Shown: one piece after another, positions 17,968 to 26,812 of the stretch
Numbering within the stretch: position 1 is the stretch's first letter
Layout of the letters: the number at the start of each line of letters is the position of its first letter
Assembly: GCF_000010065.1 (NCBI RefSeq)
Contig: NC_006576.1
Coordinates: forward strand, 660,001 to 692,000
Length of the DNA stretch: 32,000 nucleotides
DNA from: Synechococcus elongatus PCC 6301
Lineage (GTDB): Bacteria; Cyanobacteriota; Cyanobacteriia; Synechococcales; Synechococcaceae
Direction of reading: 5' to 3'
Notes under the pieces: generated by a model
The model's input: the letters and a program-made list of their open reading frames with translations, nothing else
What the model was told of the DNA's origin: nothing
Databases searched by the model: none
Translations under genes and position numbers: made by a program

Positions 17968-18738
17968 ATGCAGTGGCTTGCGCTTGGGCTGGCGTTACTG
18001 ATCGGCCTCAGCTTGGGATTGCTGGGCGGTGGCGGTGCTGTTTTGGCTTTGCCAGTCTTGGTTTATGTGCTGGACATTGATCCTAAAACCGCGATCGCGA
18101 TGACTCTGGTGGTCGTGGGGAGCGCCAGTCTACTGGGAGCAATTCCCCATGCGCGGCGCGGCAACATCGACTGGCTCCGGACAGGGGTATTTGGCAGCTC
18201 CACGATGGTAGGAGCCTTTGGGGGAGCTCGACTAGCACTGTTACCTTGGGTGACGGCTCAGCTACAAATGGGTTTGTTTGGTGTGGCAATTTTGGCGGCG
18301 GCGAGCTTTATGCTGTGGCCTCAGTCCCCAAAAGCTGACGATCCGGTTTTGAGTTATCCGCGTCCCTTTTGTCTGAGCTGCTGGACTTGGTTAATCAGCG
18401 AAGGGATTGGTGTGGGGGTGCTGACGGGATTAGTCGGTGTCGGGGGTGGCTTTGCGATCGTTCCTGCGTTAGTGCTGCTGGGAAAAGTGCCCACGCGCAA
18501 GGCGATCGGCACCTCCTTGGTGATCATCGGCCTGAATGCGATTGCAGGATTAATGGGCTACTGGGGTCGCCTTAGTCTGCCTTGGGGACTGACGCTGACC
18601 TTCGCAGCTTCTGCCTGCCTCGGTACCCTCTTGGGTGGCGCAGTATCGCAGCGGCTTAGCACGCAGGGGCTACAACGCAGTTTTGCCCTTCTTCTGCTGG
18701 CGATCGGAGGGTTTGTCTTGGCGCGAAGTGTTTTATAG
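17968..18738 (+). CDS. TauE/SafE-family sulfite/anion exporter-like membrane protein
   Basis: 256-aa polytopic protein: 'LIGLSLGLLGGGGAVLALPVLVYVLDIDPKTAIAMTLVVVG' and repeated half 'GVLTGLVGVGGGFAIVPALVLLGKVPTRKAIGTSLVIIGLNA'. Confidence 0.9.
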   Translation: MQWLALGLALLIGLSLGLLGGGGAVLALPVLVYVLDIDPKTAIAMTLVVVGSASLLGAIPHARRGNIDWLRTGVFGSSTMVGAFGGARLALLPWVTAQLQMGLFGVAILAAASFMLWPQSPKADDPVLSYPRPFCLSCWTWLISEGIGVGVLTGLVGVGGGFAIVPALVLLGKVPTRKAIGTSLVIIGLNAIAGLMGYWGRLSLPWGLTLTFAASACLGTLLGGAVSQRLSTQGLQRSFALLLLAIGGFVLARSVL

Positions 18739-18749
18739 CGGCTGACCGC

Positions 18750-19811
18750 TCAAGAGAGTGAGAAATCGGGTACGAGTTGAAGAATCTGTTGCAAGCGATC
18801 GCGTTGTTGGAGCAGCGCCTTGGTTTGTAACAGGTGATCCACCTGAACCAACCCTGCCGTCATTGATGAGGCCATGCCCAAAAACCAGAGATAGGCCGCG
18901 CCATTCCAGCGCAGCAGCGGTTCTAGCACTGAAGGCTGACCTTCCAGTAGGGCTTGAGCAGCCTCCACCCAAGCGTCTTCCCCCATCCAAGGCAGTTCTG
19001 CCTCGCCTAAATCCCAGTCGCGGGCATGCAAGATCAGACGATCGCAGTGGCCATTCTGCCAGCGGCCCACGATTGCGGCGCGATCGCGCGGTAGCTCTGG
19101 ACTCCCCTCCAAGCCTTTGATGGTGAAGAAGGTCGTGATCCCGCGCAGACTCAGGGCTTCTTCGATCATCAACTCCGTCGGCGGATGGACGAAGCCACAA
19201 ACCGGCAAAGCTGCCCCTTGGACAGGAACGAGCATCAATTCGGCAGTGGCAAGCGGCGGTCGTTTGCCCAATTCCGAGCGATAGCCATTCAACACTTCAG
19301 CAGCCGGGCAAAGACTGGGTTGATGGAGTTGGGCTACACCAGCTTGTTCGAGACAGCGGTTGAGATTAGCAACAGAACGCGATCGCCAGTTCACCCCGAT
19401 CGCATCCCAGAGTTCAACCAGAGGCACACCGTATTTTGTTGCAACGCGATCGCTGCCGTGCAGCACAACGGGTTGACCAACAGCGGCGAGCAGCAGCGCC
19501 AGCAGTGGTCCCAAAGGAGCCGTGCGATCGCGGCCATCGTAGGGATAGCCCAAGACCAGTGGCGGCCGTGTTGTACTCGGAGCCAAGACAGCAGGCAACC
19601 AGTCGGCGTAGGTCTCTAAAAATCCAGCGAGTTCGGTTCCCGTCGGGCGACGAATGCGATGGGCAATTAAAAAAGCCCCAATTTGGGCGGGGGTCGCCGT
19701 GGCTGACAGCATGAGCTGCAGGGCTTCGGCGGCCTCAGCCTGCGTCAAAACTTGGCTCGTGTGGCGTCCACTGCCAACCTTACGGATTAGGTCTCGGAAT
19801 CGCTCGCTCAT
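18750..19811 (-). CDS. Anthranilate phosphoribosyltransferase-like protein (TrpD2/YbiB family)
   Basis: 'MSERFRDLIRKVGSGRHTSQVLTQAEAAEALQLMLSATATPAQIGAFLIAHRIRRPTGTELAGFLETY' and 'VVLHGSDRVATKYGVPLVELWDAIGV'; diverges from canonical TrpD. Confidence 0.82.
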   Translation of the reverse strand: MSERFRDLIRKVGSGRHTSQVLTQAEAAEALQLMLSATATPAQIGAFLIAHRIRRPTGTELAGFLETYADWLPAVLAPSTTRPPLVLGYPYDGRDRTAPLGPLLALLLAAVGQPVVLHGSDRVATKYGVPLVELWDAIGVNWRSRSVANLNRCLEQAGVAQLHQPSLCPAAEVLNGYRSELGKRPPLATAELMLVPVQGAALPVCGFVHPPTELMIEEALSLRGITTFFTIKGLEGSPELPRDRAAIVGRWQNGHCDRLILHARDWDLGEAELPWMGEDAWVEAAQALLEGQPSVLEPLLRWNGAAYLWFLGMASSMTAGLVQVDHLLQTKALLQQRDRLQQILQLVPDFSLS

Positions 19812-19910
19812 CGCCTGAACAGTAAACTTTTATGATCTCATTCCCATTTCTGCAAACCGTTCATTGGGAACTTCTCGGGATTGGATGCTGTCCTGCTCGG
19901 CCTGATCGCC

Positions 19911-20396
19911 ATGACCTCTTCTGCCAGTCCGTTTTTTCAATTCGAGGCTGACTTTGTGCTCGGCCTACGCTGCATCCCCATGAGCGTGCGCCGCAAACTC
20001 GATGACTGTGGCGTCAAGCTCAAGCTAGAACACTGGCACCGTCTCTCGGAAGCCGAGCGCCAACAACTGGTTGATTGGCCCTGTGAGAGCGATCGCGATC
20101 GCCAAGCCTACCGGCAGCAACTCCGTGATTGGACCCAGCGCGATTGGGGGGAGCCCGCCAAAGATTTACCGATTGATCCTCAACCGGCTTGGCTGCAACC
20201 TGAGATTCCAGAGGCAGTGGAGGCCGCCTGCCAAGTGCTGCAGGTCAGTCTCAGTCCTGATGACTGGCAAGGGCTAGAACCCCTCCAACGCTTTGCCTTG
20301 ATTAAGCTGGCGCGTCCCGGCCATGAACATCGCAACCTTTATCCAGCGCTGCAGGAATTTGGCCTCACCGAGCGATCGCCCCTTGAGGCTGACTGA
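19911..20396 (+). CDS. narM: Nitrate reductase-associated protein
   Basis: 'FFQFEADFVLGLRCIPMSVRRKLDDCGVKLKLEHWHRLSEAERQQLVDWPCES...' matches the cyanobacterial NarM family as recalled. ORF track opens at 19881; ATG 19911 (MTSSASP) gives a more family-like N terminus. Confidence 0.78.
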   Translation: MTSSASPFFQFEADFVLGLRCIPMSVRRKLDDCGVKLKLEHWHRLSEAERQQLVDWPCESDRDRQAYRQQLRDWTQRDWGEPAKDLPIDPQPAWLQPEIPEAVEAACQVLQVSLSPDDWQGLEPLQRFALIKLARPGHEHRNLYPALQEFGLTERSPLEAD

Positions 20397-20413
20397 GTTC
20401 CCGAGTTAGGTTG

Positions 20414-21613
20414 CTAGCGTTCGCGGGATAGAACTTGTTTTTGCTGGAGCGCTGCAGTCAAAATCTCCTGCGCAGCCCGATCGCAAACTCCGGGTTCCCC
20501 TAAGCTTTGGCGCATTCGCTGGTAACCAGCTTGGATCGCCGCTTGCCGGTCTGGATCGAGCAGGATAGCTTTCGCTTCCGCCGCAATGCGATCGGGGTTG
20601 GCTTCGTCTTGAAGTAACTCCGGCACGATCGCTTCCATATCGACCAAGTTGACGGGTGACATAAACGGAATTGAGAAGCGCAGAATGTGGCGGGCAATCC
20701 AAGCAGTCACGGCTCCGACGCGATAGACCACGACTTGGGGGATGCCTTGGAGACCCAGCTCGAGGTTCACTGTGCCGGATTTAGCGATCGCTAGATCCGC
20801 AGCAGCTTGGACCAAAGCCGTTGTTTCGCCGCTGACAATTTGCAACGGCAGGTTCAACTCGCGGGCTGCTTCCTCAATCGTCGTTCGAAACTTTTCCTGA
20901 GAGAGCGGCACAAAGAAGCGGAGATTGGGCAGCTCGGCGTTGAGTTGCTGGGCCGCCGCCAAAACGGTCGGCAACAGGAACTTTAACTCCTGAGGTCGCG
21001 AGGCGGGATAGAGCGCGATCGCCCGCTCCTGTTCCTGCAGGCCCAGCTGGGCACGAGCCTTAGCGCGATCGGGCCGATCTTGGAGTTGGTCGATCAGGGG
21101 ATGGCCGACAAAGCTGACTGCCGCCCCGCGATCGCGGTAGTAGGTGGCCTCGCCGGGGAAGATGGCAAAAATGCGATCGCTGAAGTTAACGAGTTGGGTC
21201 GTCTTGCCCTCGCCGAAGGACCACACCCATTCCTGGGGCGCGATGTAGTAAAAAATCGGGATGTTGGGGTGAGATTTCGGTAAACGGCCCCCCCAGCCGA
21301 TATTTGGCCCGATGTAGTCGATCAAAATCGCCGCATCGAGGGACGTTTCGCGAATCTGACGAGCAATCTTTTGCTGCAAGCGCCAGGTTGGCCAAACGTA
21401 GGGCAGCGCTTCCCAGATGCCAATCGAACTGATCCCAATCGTGTTAGCCAGCAGCTTTGCACCAGCCGCCGCCATGCGATCGCCACCCAAGGCGAGGATT
21501 TCGAGCTCAAGGCCCAATTGCTTCGCTTGCCGAAACAGCGCTGCAATCAGCAAACTGCCCTGTAGATCGCCCGAGACTTCGCCGGTGCTGATAAACAGTC
21601 GAATCGCAGCCAC
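20414..21613 (-). CDS. lpxB: Lipid-A-disaccharide synthase
   Basis: 'RLFISTGEVSGDLQGSLLIAALF', 'IDYIGPNIGWGGRLPKSHPNIPIFYYIAPQEWVW', 'FVGHPLID', 'AKSGTVNLELGLQGIPQVVVYRV'. GTG start abuts the lpxA stop. Confidence 0.95.
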   Translation of the reverse strand: MAAIRLFISTGEVSGDLQGSLLIAALFRQAKQLGLELEILALGGDRMAAAGAKLLANTIGISSIGIWEALPYVWPTWRLQQKIARQIRETSLDAAILIDYIGPNIGWGGRLPKSHPNIPIFYYIAPQEWVWSFGEGKTTQLVNFSDRIFAIFPGEATYYRDRGAAVSFVGHPLIDQLQDRPDRAKARAQLGLQEQERAIALYPASRPQELKFLLPTVLAAAQQLNAELPNLRFFVPLSQEKFRTTIEEAARELNLPLQIVSGETTALVQAAADLAIAKSGTVNLELGLQGIPQVVVYRVGAVTAWIARHILRFSIPFMSPVNLVDMEAIVPELLQDEANPDRIAAEAKAILLDPDRQAAIQAGYQRMRQSLGEPGVCDRAAQEILTAALQQKQVLSRER

Positions 21614-22420
21614 TTACTTGCTACCTGGCGTGGGACCCCGACGCTCGCTCCCTTGGGAAGCTTCGAGGAAGTTACAGAGGTGCTGCAGGTGCTCGAGGTC
21701 AGAAATCTGGCGGATCTCAGCGATCGCTTCCTTGAGCAACAGGTCGGAGCGATAGAGCAGCCGATAGGCCTGCTTCAGCTGCTTAAAAGCTTCGCCCTCC
21801 TGACCATCGCGCAGTCCCGCTCGTTCTAAGCCCACGAGATTGAGCGATCGCACGCGAGCAGGATTGCCTTCAACCAACATGTAGGGCGGTACATCTCGCT
21901 CCACACGGCTCATGCCGCCAATCATGGCGTTGCGGCCAACATGGACAAACTGATGCAGCCCTGACATGCCGCCGATCACGGCTCCCGACTCAACCACAAT
22001 GTGGCCAGCCAAGGAGACGGCGTTGGAGATGACGATCCGGTTGTGCAGGATGCAGTTGTGGGCCACGTGCACGTAGGCCATTAGCAAATTGTCATTGCCG
22101 ATCACCGTGGCTTCACCAGCTTTGGTGGCGCGGTTGATCGTCACATACTCGCGAATCCGGTTTCGATCGCCAATCCGCACGACCCTGAGCGATCCGTCAG
22201 TTTTTTTGTCCTGGGACTCCAGTCCGATCGCAGCGCCAGGAAAGATGCGATTTTCTTCGCCAATTTCAGTCCAACCATCGATGACCGCATGGGCTCCGAC
22301 GGTCGTATGGGCTCCAATCCGAACATGCTCCCCAATAACGGCGTAGGGGCCGATTTGGACGCTGGGGTGAATCTCGGCTCCCGGCGCAATGATTGCGGTG
22401 GGGTGAATTACTGCACTCAC
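21614..22420 (-). CDS. lpxA: Acyl-ACP--UDP-N-acetylglucosamine O-acyltransferase
   Basis: Left-handed beta-helix hexapeptide repeats 'IHPTAIIAPGAEIHPSVQIGPYAVIGEHVRIGAHTTVGAHAVIDG', 'YVHVAHNCILHNRIVISNAVSLAGHIVVE', 'NLVGLERAG'. Confidence 0.97.
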   Translation of the reverse strand: MSAVIHPTAIIAPGAEIHPSVQIGPYAVIGEHVRIGAHTTVGAHAVIDGWTEIGEENRIFPGAAIGLESQDKKTDGSLRVVRIGDRNRIREYVTINRATKAGEATVIGNDNLLMAYVHVAHNCILHNRIVISNAVSLAGHIVVESGAVIGGMSGLHQFVHVGRNAMIGGMSRVERDVPPYMLVEGNPARVRSLNLVGLERAGLRDGQEGEAFKQLKQAYRLLYRSDLLLKEAIAEIRQISDLEHLQHLCNFLEASQGSERRGPTPGSK

Positions 22421-22426
22421 CAGCCG

Positions 22427-22894
22427 TTACTCCACGAGCGAGAACACCAGTTCTCCGCTGGCTGCCAGCTGGCCATCGACCATCGCCTCACCTTGAATTT
22501 TGCAGAAGCGACGCCGCTTGGCACTGAGAAGCTGAGCCGACAAGACGAGCTGATCACCGGGTACGACCGGACGCCGGAAGCGGACTTGGTCAATACCGGC
22601 AAACACAAATAAGCCCTGGGGCATGTCGGGCATCAAGGTGACAATCACGCCCCCCACTTGGGCCATCGCCTCGACAATCAAGACGCCCGGCATCAGGGGG
22701 CGCCCTGGGAAATGCCCTTGGAACTGAGGCTCATTGAAAGTCACATTTTTAATCCCGACCGCCCGCTCGCCCGGTACATAGTCAATAATGCGATCGACAA
22801 GGGCAAAAGGGTAGCGGTGGGGAAGAAGGCCTTGAATCGTCTCCACGGCCAAGGGCAACGTCGGCAAGGCAGGAGCATCCGGGTTGACGGTCAT
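22427..22894 (-). CDS. fabZ: 3-hydroxyacyl-[ACP] dehydratase
   Basis: '[20 protein letters not shown]', '[29 protein letters not shown]', '[12 protein letters not shown]'. Confidence 0.96.
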   Translation of the reverse strand: MTVNPDAPALPTLPLAVETIQGLLPHRYPFALVDRIIDYVPGERAVGIKNVTFNEPQFQGHFPGRPLMPGVLIVEAMAQVGGVIVTLMPDMPQGLFVFAGIDQVRFRRPVVPGDQLVLSAQLLSAKRRRFCKIQGEAMVDGQLAASGELVFSLVE

Positions 22895-22912
22895 GTAGAG
22901 AACGAATAGAGG

Positions 22913-23767
22913 TCAGCGAGAAACAAGGCTGGCCATGCGGGCTTGTAGTTCGCGGGCAAAGCGAACATGGAGCCGGTGGCTAGCTTTGTAGGCAAGGATA
23001 TGAGCCTGGGGCAAGGCTCCGAGCAAGCTCAGATCCCCAGCTAGATCTAAGAGTTTATGACGCACTGGCTCGTTTGAAAAACGCAGCGGCGGATTCAACC
23101 AGCGATCGCGATCGCAGACCAAGGCATTCTCCAGGCTGCCCCCCCGAATGAGGCCCTGCTGACGCAAGGCTTCAATTTGGGGAGCCAAACCAAAGGTTCG
23201 GGCTGGCACCACCTCGCGCTCCCAGTCATCTGGCCGCCAGCGCACACTAAACCATTGATTGCCAATCGGGGCAAGGTCAAAGTCAATGCCATAGCTGAGA
23301 CGGGTTTCCTCAGCAGGAACCGCTGTGACAAAGGCATCACCTTCACTGACCGTCAGGGGCTCTGTGAGGACCGGCACCGACACAGCGCCAAGAAGTTCGA
23401 CGGTACCGACCGCGGCGATCGCCGCGAGCCACTCTGCCCCTGAGCCATCCAGCAGCGGCAGCTCGGGGCCATCGATCGCAATTTGGACATCGGTCACGCC
23501 CAAACCAGCAAGGACAGCCAAGAGGTGCTCAACGGTTCGAATATTGGCTTGATCCGTCGCCAGCTCCGTCGAGAGCAGCGTTTCGCGAACGCGATCGAGC
23601 TGTACGGGAATCTCAGGTGTGCCCGGCAGGTCAGTCCGCACAAAAATGCGATCGCGCCCACTGACGGCAGGTTCTAAACGCACGTTGACTTCTGCACCGC
23701 TGTGAAGCCCTACACCAGCGCAGTCAACAGGCCCTGCAAGCGTCCGACGGGGAATTGCAATCGCCAT
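22913..23767 (-). CDS. lpxC: UDP-3-O-acyl-N-acetylglucosamine deacetylase
   Basis: 'RRTLAGPVDCAGVGLHSGAEVNVRLEPA', 'VRTVEHLLAVLAGLGVTDVQIAIDGPELPLLDGSG', 'RFSNEPVRHKLLDLAGDLSLLG'. Confidence 0.95.
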   Translation of the reverse strand: MAIAIPRRTLAGPVDCAGVGLHSGAEVNVRLEPAVSGRDRIFVRTDLPGTPEIPVQLDRVRETLLSTELATDQANIRTVEHLLAVLAGLGVTDVQIAIDGPELPLLDGSGAEWLAAIAAVGTVELLGAVSVPVLTEPLTVSEGDAFVTAVPAEETRLSYGIDFDLAPIGNQWFSVRWRPDDWEREVVPARTFGLAPQIEALRQQGLIRGGSLENALVCDRDRWLNPPLRFSNEPVRHKLLDLAGDLSLLGALPQAHILAYKASHRLHVRFARELQARMASLVSR

Positions 23768-23776
23768 GGTCCTGCC

Positions 23777-25942
23777 TCAGAATTTTTCACCGATCGCAAA
23801 CTGGATCCGATTGCCCTGATCCGGGGTAAAGCCCAGATCAAGCCGGACTGGCCCCACCGGCGTTGCGATCCGGACCCCAAACCCATAGCCAACGCCACCG
23901 CCCGGTTTCCCCCGGATGACCGCCGGCGCACCAATGACAGCACTGTCGCTCCCCAAGGAAGTGCCAGCATCGGCGAACAGAGCTCCACCAAGGAACTGGC
24001 TGATGATCGGGAAGCGATACTCCGCACTGGCGACAACAAAGCTCCGCCCACTGGCCAGGCCGCATTCTTCGTAGCCCCGCACGGTGTTGACGCCCCCGAT
24101 GCAGAACGCCTCATAGGGTGGTAAGTTACCTAGGGCAGTGCCTGCCTGGATATTGAAAGCCAAAGTTTGCGGACATTCTTCAGCAGTCGGATTGTCCTTA
24201 CGGCAGCCCTCTTGGAAGCGCAGCAAGCGGATGGGCACGTAGAAGCTGTAGCCAGCTCGAATCCGGTTGTAGAACACCCCATTGGCAGTGATCGGGAGGA
24301 ACTGATCGACGTTGAAGCGGAAAAGACTACCGCGAGTCGGCGTAGCAACGTTATCGCGAGTATCACGAACCGCCCCAAAGATCAGTCCAAACAAGGTGTC
24401 TTGCGACCCCCCGGAAGCTGTTAGCGGATTCCCAAACTCATCTTGGGCAAAGGCATTGCCGTTGATGTCGGTAATGTCAACGACGTTGAAGCTGACACCT
24501 CCAAATAGAGTCCATTCCGGCCGTGTGTAGGGATCAGCCTGGGGAAGAGTGAACAGAATTTGGGTTCCGGTTCGCTGAGTGATGATGCTGTTGCCATTGG
24601 GCAAATTGACATCGATCGGGCCGTTCGTGAACTGGAGCGCTAGCTCCGCACTGCGGAACACATTGACGCTGTAGGAGGAGCGGAAGGGGTCGCCCGCAAT
24701 CCAGGGATCACTGAAGCTGATATCAAACAAGGCCTGACGCAGACCCACCGAGAGCTGGAAGCCCAGCTTTTGGTTGTTGCCGCCAAAGTTCTGCTCCTGA
24801 AGGCCAATGGTGCCGAACAGACCGCTGGCGTCACTAAAGCCGACACCAGCAGAAAAGTTCCCCGTCGAGCTTTCCTGGACGTTGGTGACGACCACAACCT
24901 TGGTCGGGTCGCGGGGGTCGGGCTCAAGGTTGAGGCGAACATCACTGAACAGACCGAGGCCAAAGATGCGCCGCAGCCCTGCTTCGGCTTGGGGGCGATT
25001 GAAGACATCGCCTTCCTTGAAGGAATATTCCCGCGTGACGATGAAGGGCCGTGTCTTACCACGAATCGGATTGCCCTCTTCATCGGTCGATCGCCCTTCC
25101 GCGTTTTGGAAACGAACGATCAGCTCGCTGATTACCCCTTCAGCGACCCGCAGCGTGACTTCCCCGTTGGGGCTGATGCGCGAAGCATCCACCACCTGGG
25201 CCAGCACATAGCCGTTTTCGCGGTACCAAGTGTTCAGGGTCCGAATCCGAGCCTGCAGGGTTTGCAGGTTCAGAATTTTGCCGTAATCATCCTTGAATGT
25301 TTCTTGAATGACTGAGTCGGGCAAGACCCGCGCCCCATCCAATTCGATCTTGCTCAGGACGGGATTCGGTTCGACCACAAAGGTGATCTGAACTCCGAGA
25401 GGCGTATCCTCGGGCAATACTTGGACGTTACTGAACAAGCCAGTACCAAAGATGGCATTGACATCGTTCTGGAGTTGAGTCCTCGTTGAGGTAGCTCCCG
25501 CTTGGGTGCGAATAGCGCCGTAGATAGCGTCGAGGAGCTGGGCTTCGTCAGGATTACCAGCAACCCCAACGATTTGAACCTCTGACACGAGCACCTGGGG
25601 CTCAGCCGGAGCAGGCTGCTCTGCCGCAGGTGCTGGCGGGGTTGTCGGCGGAGTGGTAGGAGCAGGAGTCGATGCCGGTGGCGTTGCTGGCGTGGGCGTA
25701 GCAGCCGGCGGAGCACCGCCCTCATTCGTAGGAGATGTTTGCGCTAGTGGGAGCGGCGGAATCTCTGCAGCAGCGGGTTGAGGTAATGCCGTCGGTCCTT
25801 CGATCGCAAAACCAGCAGTGGCTGGCTTCGCGGGGGTCGGCGTTGCTTTTGTCTCAGCCCGAGCCGGTGACGCAGCGATCGCGATCGCGGTGGCACAGTA
25901 GACGCTTAAAGCTAGGCGTTGCGCCTGATTGGATTTCAACAT
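23777..25942 (-). CDS. bamA: Outer membrane protein assembly factor, Omp85/BamA family
   Basis: Signal peptide after ATG at 25942 ('MLKSNQAQRLALSVYCATAIAIAASPARAE'), Pro/Ala-rich linker, POTRA-like repeats, C-terminal barrel with 'GGVNTVRGYEE', 'VRLDLGFTPDQGNRIQFAIGEKF' ending in terminal Phe. ORF track starts at GTG 25960. Confidence 0.92.
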   Translation of the reverse strand: MLKSNQAQRLALSVYCATAIAIAASPARAETKATPTPAKPATAGFAIEGPTALPQPAAAEIPPLPLAQTSPTNEGGAPPAATPTPATPPASTPAPTTPPTTPPAPAAEQPAPAEPQVLVSEVQIVGVAGNPDEAQLLDAIYGAIRTQAGATSTRTQLQNDVNAIFGTGLFSNVQVLPEDTPLGVQITFVVEPNPVLSKIELDGARVLPDSVIQETFKDDYGKILNLQTLQARIRTLNTWYRENGYVLAQVVDASRISPNGEVTLRVAEGVISELIVRFQNAEGRSTDEEGNPIRGKTRPFIVTREYSFKEGDVFNRPQAEAGLRRIFGLGLFSDVRLNLEPDPRDPTKVVVVTNVQESSTGNFSAGVGFSDASGLFGTIGLQEQNFGGNNQKLGFQLSVGLRQALFDISFSDPWIAGDPFRSSYSVNVFRSAELALQFTNGPIDVNLPNGNSIITQRTGTQILFTLPQADPYTRPEWTLFGGVSFNVVDITDINGNAFAQDEFGNPLTASGGSQDTLFGLIFGAVRDTRDNVATPTRGSLFRFNVDQFLPITANGVFYNRIRAGYSFYVPIRLLRFQEGCRKDNPTAEECPQTLAFNIQAGTALGNLPPYEAFCIGGVNTVRGYEECGLASGRSFVVASAEYRFPIISQFLGGALFADAGTSLGSDSAVIGAPAVIRGKPGGGVGYGFGVRIATPVGPVRLDLGFTPDQGNRIQFAIGEKF

Positions 25943-26059
25943 AAGGCTCTCTCTCACCACCGACGAACAGACCGACGTAAAACGGTCCTCGCCAAGACGT
26001 CACCGCAACCGGAAAGTTGCGAATGGCCAGAACGCCGCAATTCTACCCCACGCTTTTTG

Positions 26060-26785
26060 TTACAACTCAGCTTGCTGGGTCACTAATTCCAAAACGCGAG
26101 CGTAGGCCGCTTCGACGTTACCGAGGTCGCGACGGAAGCGATCCTTGTCTAGGATGCGCTTTTCTGGATCGATTTCCTGCTGATCCCAGAGGCGGCAGGT
26201 ATCTGGGCTAATCTCATCGGCTAGCAGGATTTGACCTTGGCGATCGCGACCAAATTCCAGTTTGAAGTCCACTAAGGTAATGCCACAGCGGTTGAAAAAG
26301 GCCTGCAGCAACGTATTGACTTGCAAAGCAGCCCCTTGCAGGTGCTGGACTTCTGCCTCAGTGGCAACTTGTAAGAGCCGTAGGCGATCGGGCGTCAGCA
26401 GCGGATCACCGAGGGCATCATCTTTGAGATAAAACTCGACCAAGGGCGGTGCGATCGCAGTTCCTTCTGCAATCCCCGTTTGCTTGCAAAGGCTACCGGC
26501 GGCCAGATTGCGCACCACCACTTCCAAGGGCACGATCTCAACCGCTTGGACCCGCATTTCCCGCTCAGAAATCTGCTCAATGAAGTGATTGGTGACCCCT
26601 GCCTGGGCTAGCACTCGGAACAGGTAGCTGGAGACAGCGCAATTAATCGCCCCTTTGCCACTGATTTGACCCCGCTTTTGGGCATTAAAGGCGGTGGCAT
26701 CGTCCTTGAAATAGGTCCGATACACCTGGGGATCATCGGTGGCATAGACAATTTTGGCTTTGCCTTCGTAGAGGGGAGCGCTCAT
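26060..26785 (-). CDS. purC: Phosphoribosylaminoimidazole-succinocarboxamide synthase
   Basis: 'LYEGKAKIVYATDDPQVYRTYFKDDATAFNAQKRGQISGKGAIN', 'LVDFKLEFGRDRQGQILLADEISPDTCRLWD'. Confidence 0.97.
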   Translation of the reverse strand: MSAPLYEGKAKIVYATDDPQVYRTYFKDDATAFNAQKRGQISGKGAINCAVSSYLFRVLAQAGVTNHFIEQISEREMRVQAVEIVPLEVVVRNLAAGSLCKQTGIAEGTAIAPPLVEFYLKDDALGDPLLTPDRLRLLQVATEAEVQHLQGAALQVNTLLQAFFNRCGITLVDFKLEFGRDRQGQILLADEISPDTCRLWDQQEIDPEKRILDKDRFRRDLGNVEAAYARVLELVTQQAEL

Positions 26786-26812
26786 GCAGATCGGGCAGAA
26801 TAACGCCCCATT

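Noticed and set aside
18737-18750. AGCGG-CTGA-CCGCT hairpin between convergent TauE/SafE and TrpD2-like genes
   Set aside because: Perfect 5-bp stem but no T-run on either strand; too short to call a terminator.
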